From Candidatus Poribacteria bacterium (GTDB lineage Bacteria > Poribacteria > WGA-4E > GCA-2687025), in assembly GCA_963665845.2 (NCBI GenBank), contig OY762492.1, forward strand, positions 1,280,001-1,344,000: a stretch of 64,000 nucleotides of DNA, read 5' to 3'. Positions 19,426 to 27,650 of this stretch are shown piece after piece. A program made the translations under genes and the position numbers. Each line of letters starts with the position of its first letter. Position 1 is the first letter of the stretch. The notes beneath the pieces were generated by a model. It saw nothing but the letters and a program-made list of their open reading frames with translations, searched no databases and was not told where the DNA came from.

Positions 19426-20670
19426 ATGACGAACGCCAACTTTGCCAGTCGAACCATGTGGACAGGCGACAACCTGAACATCATGCGCGGCATGAACTCC
19501 GCCTGCGTCGACCTGATCTACCTTGATCCGCCCTTCAACAGCAAACGCGACTACGCCGCGCCGATCGGATCAAAGGCGGCGGGCGCCGAGTTCAAAGACA
19601 CATGGTCGCTGGAGGATGTGGACGTCGAATGGATCAACCTGATGGAATCGAGTTATCCGGCGATGCATCGGGTCTTGCTCGCCGCGATGACCGACTCGGA
19701 CAAAAGTTACCTCGCTTACATGGCAATACGGCTGCTGGAAATGAAGCGGATCTTGAAGCCGACAGGTTCTATCTACCTGCACTGCGACCCGACGATGAGC
19801 CACTATCTGAAGCTGCTGATGGACTCCATCTTTGGACGGAAGAATTTTAGAAATGAGATCGTCTGGTTTTACCCTGACTCTCCTGGACGAAGCACAAAAT
19901 ACTTTCCCAAAAAGCATGACATCATCATCTGCTACGGCAACGGAGGGGAGACGGTCTTCAACGGCGGCGATGTGCGAATTCCGCTGAAAGCCGCCTCGAT
20001 TCGCCGATACCAATCGCCGCGCACAATCGGCGGGAAAACATACCTCGGCGGCGAGGGAGCGAGTAAAGGCAAAATCCCTGAAGATGTATGGCAAATACCC
20101 GTTGTTAAAAAACACCGCGGATCCAAAGAGGCTACAGGCTATCCGACGCAGAAGCCTCTCGCGTTACTGAACCGCATCGTTAAGGCGTCGTCCAATGAGG
20201 GCGATCTTGTTCTGGATCCGTTTTGCGGCTGCGCGACGACTTTAGTCGCTGCCGAGGACCTGGGGCGCAACTGGACGGGTATCGATATCAGCCCAAAGGC
20301 ATCCGAGCTGGTCGTGTCGCGCATCGAAGAGCGGCAGGGGTTGTTTAAAGACATCGTCCACCGCAGCGACATTCCGAAACGCACTGACCTAGGCAAGCTT
20401 CCCCGACCCGCGACTCACAAGAAAACTCTATACGGCGAGCAGTCGGGCGACTGCGCAGGATGCGACGTCCATTTTGAAGCGCGCCATCTTGAAGTGGATC
20501 ATATCATCGCCAAGTCAAAGGGCGGAACCGACCATATCGACAACCTCCAACTGCTATGCGGCGACTGCAACCGAAAGAAAGGCAGTCGGGGCATGGAGTA
20601 TCTGCGCACTAGACTTCGACTTGGGATTCAGATGCAGGAGGGCAAGAGCGCGCGGGGGCGCGCCCGCTAA
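19426..20670 (+). CDS. Beta-class N6A/N4C DNA methyltransferase fused to a C-terminal HNH endonuclease
   Basis: DPPF (motif IV) near the N-terminus, YPTQKP, DPFCGCAT (motif I), then CAGC...VDHIIAKSKGGTDHIDNLQLLCGDCNRKKG. Confidence 0.9.
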   Translation: MTNANFASRTMWTGDNLNIMRGMNSACVDLIYLDPPFNSKRDYAAPIGSKAAGAEFKDTWSLEDVDVEWINLMESSYPAMHRVLLAAMTDSDKSYLAYMAIRLLEMKRILKPTGSIYLHCDPTMSHYLKLLMDSIFGRKNFRNEIVWFYPDSPGRSTKYFPKKHDIIICYGNGGETVFNGGDVRIPLKAASIRRYQSPRTIGGKTYLGGEGASKGKIPEDVWQIPVVKKHRGSKEATGYPTQKPLALLNRIVKASSNEGDLVLDPFCGCATTLVAAEDLGRNWTGIDISPKASELVVSRIEERQGLFKDIVHRSDIPKRTDLGKLPRPATHKKTLYGEQSGDCAGCDVHFEARHLEVDHIIAKSKGGTDHIDNLQLLCGDCNRKKGSRGMEYLRTRLRLGIQMQEGKSARGRAR

Positions 20671-20693
20671 GCAGGACTAAAACCCCCGCGCCC

Positions 20694-20722
20694 TTGCCCC
20701 GTTCGCCATATCGCGCCATAAT
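20694..20722 (+). promoter_or_regulatory. Putative sigma70 promoter; similar ones at 21812-21840, 22902-22930, 23614-23642 and 30782-30810
   Basis: TTGC(C/G)C-N17-(C/T)AT(A/G)(A/C)T in front of successive cassettes. Confidence 0.5.
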
Positions 20723-20780
20723 ATCCCCAGAGCCGCCTTTCAAATGCAGGGCATCATTGTGAGCAGAAGAGAGTATCTAT

Positions 20781-21299
20781 ATGAAAACGACCGACTATGA
20801 CGCCGAGGCGTATCTTCAGCGCGGCAACGCTTACCGCGCCAAAGGCGAGATCGACAAGGCGATTGCGGACTACACCTGCTTGCTAGAGATGCGTCCGAAG
20901 GTCGCGCGCCACTTTTACATTCGCGGGGAGACGCGTCTGCTGGCGCAAGACTGGGACGGCGCGCGGGACGACTTGTCCGCGTCGCTCCTTCAAGGCGTGG
21001 ATGTTGCCGCCGAGTTTCAAGCGAGCTTCGGAACCGCCCCCGCCTTTGAAGAGAAGACAGGCGTTCGTTTGCCGACAGAGATTGCGGAGCTGCTGCGGCC
21101 GCGGGAGGGCGTTCCGTTTGAGATGGACAAGGAGGCGCGCGTCGCCTTGGCGATGCGTTATTACGCGAGCGGCGAGCTGAGCAGCGGTCTTGCCGCGAAG
21201 CTTGCCGGCGTGATGCGCGAGGAGTTTTGGCGCCGCATGGGCGATTACGGGCTTTCTATCTTTAGTTTCGGCGATGTCAAAGTCGATAAAGGGCTTTGA
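20781..21299 (+). CDS. TPR + UPF0175 putative antitoxin (copy 1)
   Basis: N-terminal TPR pair (AEAYLQRGNAYRAKGEIDKAIADY). C-terminal HTH ARVALAMRYYASGELSSGLAAKLAGVMREEF. Confidence 0.8.
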   Translation: MKTTDYDAEAYLQRGNAYRAKGEIDKAIADYTCLLEMRPKVARHFYIRGETRLLAQDWDGARDDLSASLLQGVDVAAEFQASFGTAPAFEEKTGVRLPTEIAELLRPREGVPFEMDKEARVALAMRYYASGELSSGLAAKLAGVMREEFWRRMGDYGLSIFSFGDVKVDKGL

Positions 21300-21791
21300 A
21301 TGTCGATAGGTCCTATCGTCAGCGACAACAGTCCGCTTGTTGGGCTGTTGGAAATCAATCTGCTTTCTCTTCTTCGGGATCTTTATACAGAGGTTCTGAT
21401 CCCTAGAGCCGTTGAAAGCGAGTTTCTTCAATGGTCTCCAATTGCCCGCCGCGAGGCGCTTGACAACGCCCCATGGATCCGAGTCGTTGATTTACAGGAT
21501 CCGCAAAAAATATCGGACTATGGGAACCTTGGTCTAGGAGAAGCCGAGGCATTGGCTCTTGCCGACGAAAATAAGGCGCGTCTTGTTCTTATTGATGAGG
21601 AGGAAGGACGGAAGATAGCCGAAGAGCGCGGGTTTGCCGTCAAGGGGACAGTCGGCATTTTGCTGGAGGCAAAAGAGAAGCGTTTGATCGACAAGGTTGA
21701 ACCGCATTTGATCGCATTGAAAAAGAGCGGGATGCATATAAGCGACTCGCTCATCCGTCTAGCTCTGGAGATGGCAAGCGAGGCGGACTAA
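21300..21791 (+). CDS. DUF3368 PIN-domain putative toxin (copy 1)
   Basis: VSDNSPL, IPRAVESE, LGEAEALAL, LIDE..GR, KGTVGIL. Confidence 0.9.
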   Translation: MSIGPIVSDNSPLVGLLEINLLSLLRDLYTEVLIPRAVESEFLQWSPIARREALDNAPWIRVVDLQDPQKISDYGNLGLGEAEALALADENKARLVLIDEEEGRKIAEERGFAVKGTVGILLEAKEKRLIDKVEPHLIALKKSGMHISDSLIRLALEMASEAD

Positions 21792-21876
21792 CGAACGAGG
21801 CGCCTTCTTTCTTGCGCAGCCTGTCGGGGCGTGTCATGATGCCGGGCATATTATGAGCGCGTCGAGGAGAGAGACC

Positions 21877-22389
21877 ATGAGCAAACCGCTAAACGACGCC
21901 GAGGCGTATCTTCAGCGCGGCAACGCTCACCGCGCTAAAGGCGAGATCGACAAGGCGATTGCGGACTACACCTGCTTGCTAGAGATGCGTCCGAAGATCG
22001 CGCGCCACTTTTACATTCGCGGCGAGACGCGCCTGCTGGCGCAAGATTGGGACGGCGCGCGGGATGACCTGTCCGCGTCGCTCCTTCAAGGTATGGATGT
22101 TGCCGCCGAGTTTCAGGCGAGCTTCGGAACCGCCGCCGCCTTTGAAGAGAAAACAGGCGTTCGTCTGCCAACAGAGATTGTGGAGCTGTTGAGACCGCGG
22201 GAGGGCGTTCCGTTTGAGATGGACAAGGAGGCGCGCGTCGCCCTGGCGATGCGTTATTACGCAAACGATGAGCTCGGCAGCGGTCTTGCCGCCCGACTTG
22301 CCGGCGTGTCGCGCGTGGAGTTTTGGGATCTCATGGGCGATTACGGCCTTTATCTCATCACCGTCACCGACGACGACGACGGGCTTTAA
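21877..22389 (+). CDS. TPR + UPF0175 putative antitoxin (copy 2)
   Basis: Near-identical to copy 1; GAGGAG RBS. Confidence 0.8.
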   Translation: MSKPLNDAEAYLQRGNAHRAKGEIDKAIADYTCLLEMRPKIARHFYIRGETRLLAQDWDGARDDLSASLLQGMDVAAEFQASFGTAAAFEEKTGVRLPTEIVELLRPREGVPFEMDKEARVALAMRYYANDELGSGLAARLAGVSRVEFWDLMGDYGLYLITVTDDDDGL

Positions 22390-22881
22390 ATGTCAGTAGC
22401 TCCCGTCGTCAGCGACACGAGTCCGCTTATTTCGCTGTTGAAGATCGAAAAGCTTTTTCTTCTTCGGGATCTTTATACCGAAATTTTGATCCCTAGAGAA
22501 GTTGAAAACGAGTTTCTTGAAAAGTTTCCAGCAGCCTCCCGCGAGGCGCTTGACAACGCGCCATGGATCCGAGTCGTTGATTTACAGAACCCGCAAAAAA
22601 TAGCGGACTATGCGAGAATTAATCTAGGAGAAGCCGCAGCGTTGGTTCTTGTCGAGGAGAAAAAGGCACGTCTCATTCTTATGGACGATATGAAAGGACG
22701 GAAGGAAGCCAAAGCGCGCGGATTTGTCGTCAAGGGAACGGCAGGCGTTTTGCTGGAGGCAAAGGAAAAAGATTTGATCAACAAGGTGAAACCGCATTTA
22801 ATGGCAATGAAAAAGAGCGGGACATATCTAAGCGACTCGATCATCCGCGCAGCTCTGGAAAAGGCAGGCGAGACAGATTAA
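22390..22881 (+). CDS. DUF3368 PIN-domain putative toxin (copy 2)
   Basis: VSDTSPL, IPREVENE, LGEAAAL, LMDD..GR, KGTAGVL. Confidence 0.9.
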   Translation: MSVAPVVSDTSPLISLLKIEKLFLLRDLYTEILIPREVENEFLEKFPAASREALDNAPWIRVVDLQNPQKIADYARINLGEAAALVLVEEKKARLILMDDMKGRKEAKARGFVVKGTAGVLLEAKEKDLINKVKPHLMAMKKSGTYLSDSIIRAALEKAGETD

Positions 22882-22990
22882 CGAACAAGACGTATTCTTT
22901 CTTGCGCCCGCTCCGCTGCGTTGACATAATCCGCCTGACGCGTTACCGTAGAATCAACCTTTTTGAAAAATTGAAGCGTGGAGAAAGTCC

Positions 22991-23503
22991 ATGGGCAAAC
23001 CGCTAAACGACGCCGAGGCGTATCTTCAGCGCGGCAACGCTTACCGCGCTAAAGGTGAAATCGACAAGGCGATTGCGGACTACACCTGCTTGCTAGAGAT
23101 GCGTCCGAAGGTCGCGCATCACTTTTACATCCGCGGCGAGGCGCGCCTGCTGGCGCAAGACTGGGACGGCGCGCGGGACGACCTGTCCGCGTCGCTCCTT
23201 CAAGGCGTGGATGTTGCCGCCGAGTTTCAGGCAACCTTCGGAACCGCCGCCGCCTTTGAAGAGAAAACAGGCGTCCATTTGCCGGCAGAGATTGCGGAGC
23301 TGCTGCGCCCGCGGGAGGGCGTCCCGTTTGAGATGGACAAGGACGCGCGCGTCGCCCTGGCGATGCGCTATTACGCGAATGATGAGCTGAGCAGCGGTCT
23401 TGCCGCCCGACTTGCCGGCGTGTCGCGCGTGGATTTTTGGTATCTCATGGGCGATTACGGCCTTTATCTCATCACCGTCACCGACGACGATGACGGGCTT
23501 TGA
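22991..23503 (+). CDS. TPR + UPF0175 putative antitoxin (copy 3, orphan)
   Basis: Near-identical to copy 2. Followed only by ATGTCA (a toxin start remnant) and a REP. Confidence 0.8.
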   Translation: MGKPLNDAEAYLQRGNAYRAKGEIDKAIADYTCLLEMRPKVAHHFYIRGEARLLAQDWDGARDDLSASLLQGVDVAAEFQATFGTAAAFEEKTGVHLPAEIAELLRPREGVPFEMDKDARVALAMRYYANDELSSGLAARLAGVSRVDFWYLMGDYGLYLITVTDDDDGL

Positions 23504-23519
23504 ATGTCATAACCATGTC

Positions 23520-23596
23520 GTCATTCCCGCGTAAGCGGGAATCTAGAGTCCTGCGCAGGGCTAAAACCCCCCTGCCCCCCTTACAAAGGGGGAATC
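23520..23596. repeat. REP-like palindrome plus CCCCC...AAGGGGG repeat
   Basis: GTCATTCCCGCGTAAGCGGGAATCTAG followed by AAAACCCCCCTGCCCCCCTTACAAAGGGGGAATC. Confidence 0.75.
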
Positions 23597-23664
23597 TAGA
23601 AAACCCTGCGCTCTTGCGCCGCCCGCCGTATCGCGCCATAATGGGCGTCAGAAAAGGGCGGCAT

Positions 23665-26600
23665 ATGAAAATGATGGGCGGCAAGATGAGTCTCCGAGAC
23701 GAGATCAAGCGGGCATTGGGCGCCTTCAGCGGCGGAAAACTGTCCGACAACGCGGCAAACCTGTTCAAGACGCTCGGCTATGAGAGCCAGAGGACGCTCA
23801 ACCGCCCCGACAACTCCCCCGACGCGCTCCTGAAAGATTTTGACACGGAGGAATGCTTTGACCGCGAGAAGGCGCGCCTAAACGAATGGGAAACGGCGGA
23901 CTTCCTGTTTCAACTGACCGCCCACGAACTCTCCCTCCCGACAACGGACCCCCAGCCCGCCGCCGAAAATCGCCTTGACCGCAGCGTCTACAAATCGTAT
24001 CTGTTCTTTGCGGTTCGGCTAAAGGGCGACGAGTATCCGCGCGGCGCGCTCGCCCGAATGACGCGCGAAATCAACCGCCTCTTTTCGATGCCCTCGTTCG
24101 TTCTCTTTCAGCATGGGCGGACGCTCACCTTCTCCGTCATAGACCGCCGCCCGAATAAGATTCAGCCGGAGCGGGACGTCCTCGAAAAAGTGACGCTCAT
24201 CAAAGACATTGACGTCCAACAGCCGCACCGCGCGCATCTCGACATACTCGCCGACCTGTCGCTGGACATCCTCTCATCAACGCAGACGTTCGAGAACATC
24301 ATGCAGTTCCATGAGGCATGGCGAAAAACGCTGGACGCCTCCGAACTGAACAAACGCTTCTTCAAGGAGATCGCCGACTGGCACTTCTGGGCGGTCAAGA
24401 CGGCAGCCTTCCCCGAAGACGGCGATCCCGACGACTCGCAGCGGCGCAGCGCCAACGGCGTCATCCGCCTCATCACGCGGCTCATCTTCGTCTGGTTCCT
24501 GAAAGAAAAGCAGCTCGTTCCAGAGGAGCTGTTCGACAAGGAGGAGGCGGGGCGGCTGCTCAACAGCCTCGAAGACGAGGAGAGTTCCTACTACAAAGCG
24601 ATCCTGCAAAACCTGTTTTTTGCGACGCTGAACCAAGAGATGAACCAGCCCGGTAAAAAGAAAAAGCGGGACTTCCGCAACGACGGGCAGCATTACAACA
24701 TCACGCATCTTTACCGCTATCGGCGCCTCTTCAGCGACCCGCAGGCGGCTCTCAAACTCTTTGAGTCGATCCCGTTTCTGAACGGCGGCTTGTTTGAATG
24801 TCTAGACAAGCCCGACCCTGAAAACCCCAAGAAGGTCCTGCGCGTTGACGGCTTCTCGGACAGATCGGACAACCAGATCGATGTCCCAAACGAGCTGTTT
24901 TTCGCCGAGAAAAAGTCGGTCGATCTGAACGAAGCATACGGAACCGAAAACAAGCTCTATTCGGCGCGGGGCGTCCTGCGCATCCTGGAACGGTATAAAT
25001 TCACCGTCGCGGAAAACACGCCGATAGAGGAGGAAGTCGCGCTAGACCCCGAACTGCTAGGGCGCGTCTTTGAAAACCTGTTTGCCGCCTACAACACGGA
25101 AACCGCCGCCGCCGCCCGCAAAGAGCAAGGCTCCTTCTACACGCCGCGCGGCATGGTGAACTATATGGTTGACGAGTCGCTCGTTGCCTACCTCAAAAAC
25201 AGCGTCAACGACGAAGAGCGGCTGCGCAAACTGACCGCCTACAACGACGAACCGCATGGCTTCGCCGACGATGAAACGGAACGGCTCATCGAAGCCATTG
25301 ACCGCCTCAAAATCATCGACCCGGCATGCGGGTCGGGCGCGTTTCCGATGGGCATTCTGCATAAGCTGGTCCACATGCTCGGCAAACTGGACCCGCTCAA
25401 CGAACAATGGAAACAGCGGCAGATCGCGCGAGTCGACAACGCGATTAAAGAGGTTGAACAGATCGACGTCTACCAATCCCGCGACCATGTTGACGGAGCT
25501 ATAAAAGAACTGGAACAGGAAAAGGCGGACATCGAAGAGGCGTTTGCGCGAAACGAACTCGATTATCCGCGAAAACTGTTCCTCATCAATAAGTGCATAC
25601 ACGGCGCGGACATCCAGCCCATCGCCGCGCAGATTGCCAAACTGCGTTTCTTCATCTCGCTCATCATCGACCAAAAAACGGACGACAAACGAGAGAATCG
25701 AGGCGTCCGGCCGCTGCCGAACCTAGAAACAAGGTTTGTCGCCGCGAATACGCTGATTGATCTGGAGCGTCCGGAGGGGCTGCACTTCTCCGACATAGAG
25801 CGAAAAAAGAAGGACCTGAAGGCGATACGGGATAAGCATTTCACTGTCAGAGATCCGCGAACGAAGGAGAAGTACCGCAAGAAGGACGAGGAACTGCGCA
25901 AGCAAATCAGCGAACTGATCCTCAAGAAAATTGGCGCGGCGCGGGAATTCTCAAGAGAGACCGCCGAAATGATGGCGAACTGGGACCCATACGACCAAAA
26001 CGCTGTCGCCGACTTCTTCAACGCCGAATGGATGTTTGGCGTGGAGCAGTTCGACATCGTTATCGGAAACCCGCCCTATGTGCGCCAAGAGAAGATTGAT
26101 AAGAAACTGAAGGCGCTCCTCAAAGATAAAAAACGGTATACCGCTTTCACGGGCAAATCCGACCTGTATATCAGCTTTTATGAGCGCGGGTTCCAGCTGC
26201 TCAAAGAGCGCGGCGTCCATACCTTTATCTGCTCAAACAGCTGGCTCGACGTCCAATACGGCGCGCCGCTGCAGGAATACCTGTTGACGAACGCGGCGGA
26301 AGGCGTCGTCTGCCACAGCGAAGCGGAACGCGCCTTTGAAACGGCAGACGTCAACACCATCGTCAGCCTCTTCCGCAAAGGAAAGCCCGATGAGCTGGCG
26401 CAGATGCGCTTCATAACGTTCAAAGGGGCGGTCGGAGACGCGGAGCAGGAGGAACCCCAAGAACGCGCCCCCTCATACGAACAGCTGTTACAGGAAGGGA
26501 CGCGCAACGGAAAATACGCCGGCGGCAAATGGGGCGGACGGTATCTGCGCGCGCCCGACATCTACTGGACAATCCTGAAAAAAGGCGAAGGCAAACTGAA

Positions 26601-27381
26601 GCCGCTGAGCAGTCTTGCGGAGGCTCGGATCGGCGTCAAAACAGGCGCCAACGAGTTCTTTTTTCTGGACGAAGCGCAGATTCAGAAATGGGGAATTGAG
26701 CCGAAGTTTTTGCATCCCGGTGTCAAAAATTCGAGTGATTGCAAAACGATCCGCATTGATCCGAGGCGGCTGCATCTTCAGCTGTTCATGTGCCATACCG
26801 ATGAAGAGGCGTTGACGGGAACCGCCGCGCTGGAGTATATCCGCTGGGGCGAATCGCAAGGGTTCCATCAACGCCCAAGCTGCCGAGGACGCCCTAGATG
26901 GTATGATTTAGGGGAACGGCGGAAGCCGACGCTTGTGTTCAATCGTACGGTTCATTCAACAGCGAGAACCTTGTATGCGCCTGACGGTTGCTATGCAAGC
27001 AACACTTTTCATGAGGTACATGCGGATTCAGATTTGACGCTGCCGCTGTGCGCCGCCTTGAATTCAACGCCGTTTCAGTTGATGGTGAACACGATGGGGC
27101 GTTCGAATCTCGGCGGAGGCGCGCTGGCAATTGAGGCTTACGAACTTTTAGATTTGCAGTGCCTAGATCCAAAGACCTTTGCCTTTGACGACGCGGCGCT
27201 GTTCGATTCGTCGGCGTGGGATGCGGTCAAGTTGTCCGACGCCCGACGCGCTCTCGACAGCGTCATCTTCGATGCGCTCCATCTGACGCAAGGCGAACGC
27301 GACGGCGTTTATGAGGCGGTCGTCCGTCTGGTGGAGAATCGGCTTCGGAAGGCGAAGAGCGCGCGGGGCCGCTCCCGCTAG
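23665..27381 (+). CDS. Type IIG / Eco57I-like restriction-modification adenine methyltransferase
   Basis: PFLNGGLF, LLGRVFE, GSFYTPR, IIDPACGSGAF (motif I), GNPPY (motif IV), C-terminal TRD. The ORF-track start at 23500 runs through a REP. Confidence 0.9.
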   Translation: MKMMGGKMSLRDEIKRALGAFSGGKLSDNAANLFKTLGYESQRTLNRPDNSPDALLKDFDTEECFDREKARLNEWETADFLFQLTAHELSLPTTDPQPAAENRLDRSVYKSYLFFAVRLKGDEYPRGALARMTREINRLFSMPSFVLFQHGRTLTFSVIDRRPNKIQPERDVLEKVTLIKDIDVQQPHRAHLDILADLSLDILSSTQTFENIMQFHEAWRKTLDASELNKRFFKEIADWHFWAVKTAAFPEDGDPDDSQRRSANGVIRLITRLIFVWFLKEKQLVPEELFDKEEAGRLLNSLEDEESSYYKAILQNLFFATLNQEMNQPGKKKKRDFRNDGQHYNITHLYRYRRLFSDPQAALKLFESIPFLNGGLFECLDKPDPENPKKVLRVDGFSDRSDNQIDVPNELFFAEKKSVDLNEAYGTENKLYSARGVLRILERYKFTVAENTPIEEEVALDPELLGRVFENLFAAYNTETAAAARKEQGSFYTPRGMVNYMVDESLVAYLKNSVNDEERLRKLTAYNDEPHGFADDETERLIEAIDRLKIIDPACGSGAFPMGILHKLVHMLGKLDPLNEQWKQRQIARVDNAIKEVEQIDVYQSRDHVDGAIKELEQEKADIEEAFARNELDYPRKLFLINKCIHGADIQPIAAQIAKLRFFISLIIDQKTDDKRENRGVRPLPNLETRFVAANTLIDLERPEGLHFSDIERKKKDLKAIRDKHFTVRDPRTKEKYRKKDEELRKQISELILKKIGAAREFSRETAEMMANWDPYDQNAVADFFNAEWMFGVEQFDIVIGNPPYVRQEKIDKKLKALLKDKKRYTAFTGKSDLYISFYERGFQLLKERGVHTFICSNSWLDVQYGAPLQEYLLTNAAEGVVCHSEAERAFETADVNTIVSLFRKGKPDELAQMRFITFKGAVGDAEQEEPQERAPSYEQLLQEGTRNGKYAGGKWGGRYLRAPDIYWTILKKGEGKLKPLSSLAEARIGVKTGANEFFFLDEAQIQKWGIEPKFLHPGVKNSSDCKTIRIDPRRLHLQLFMCHTDEEALTGTAALEYIRWGESQGFHQRPSCRGRPRWYDLGERRKPTLVFNRTVHSTARTLYAPDGCYASNTFHEVHADSDLTLPLCAALNSTPFQLMVNTMGRSNLGGGALAIEAYELLDLQCLDPKTFAFDDAALFDSSAWDAVKLSDARRALDSVIFDALHLTQGERDGVYEAVVRLVENRLRKAKSARGRSR

Positions 27382-27388
27382 GCGGGTC

Positions 27389-27570
27389 GTCATTCCCGCC
27401 GCCGTTCCGCGTCCCCCGCCGTCCCCCGCTTCCGCGAGGGCATGCATTCCCGCGCCCCTCGCTGTCATTCCCGCGCCCCTCCTCGTCATTCCCGCGTAAG
27501 CGGGAATCCAGAGGCGCCGCCGAAACCGCCCGCGCTCCTCGCCGTCATTCCCGCGTAAGCGGGAATCCAG
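27389..27570. repeat. Cluster of REP-like palindromes and half-copies
   Basis: Two full GTCATTCCCGCGTAAGCGGGAATCCAG copies plus three partial CATTCCCGC copies. Confidence 0.85.
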
Positions 27571-27650
27571 AGTCCGCAAGGTCAGCCTTTTCTGTTGACA
27601 TTCGCTGTCGGGCATGATAGGGTTACTAGCGTAATGATTGGAGCGTCGGT

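Noticed and set aside
23500-23664. N-terminal extension of the type IIG ORF (SSFPRKRES, PLPPLQRG)
   Set aside because: These are translations of intergenic repeats. The promoter-like sequence and RBS point to a start at 23665 or 23686.
27389-27570. Repeated GTCATTCCCGC units resembling a CRISPR array
   Set aside because: Spacing is irregular, copies are partial, the same palindrome is dispersed across the window, and there are no cas genes. REP-like.
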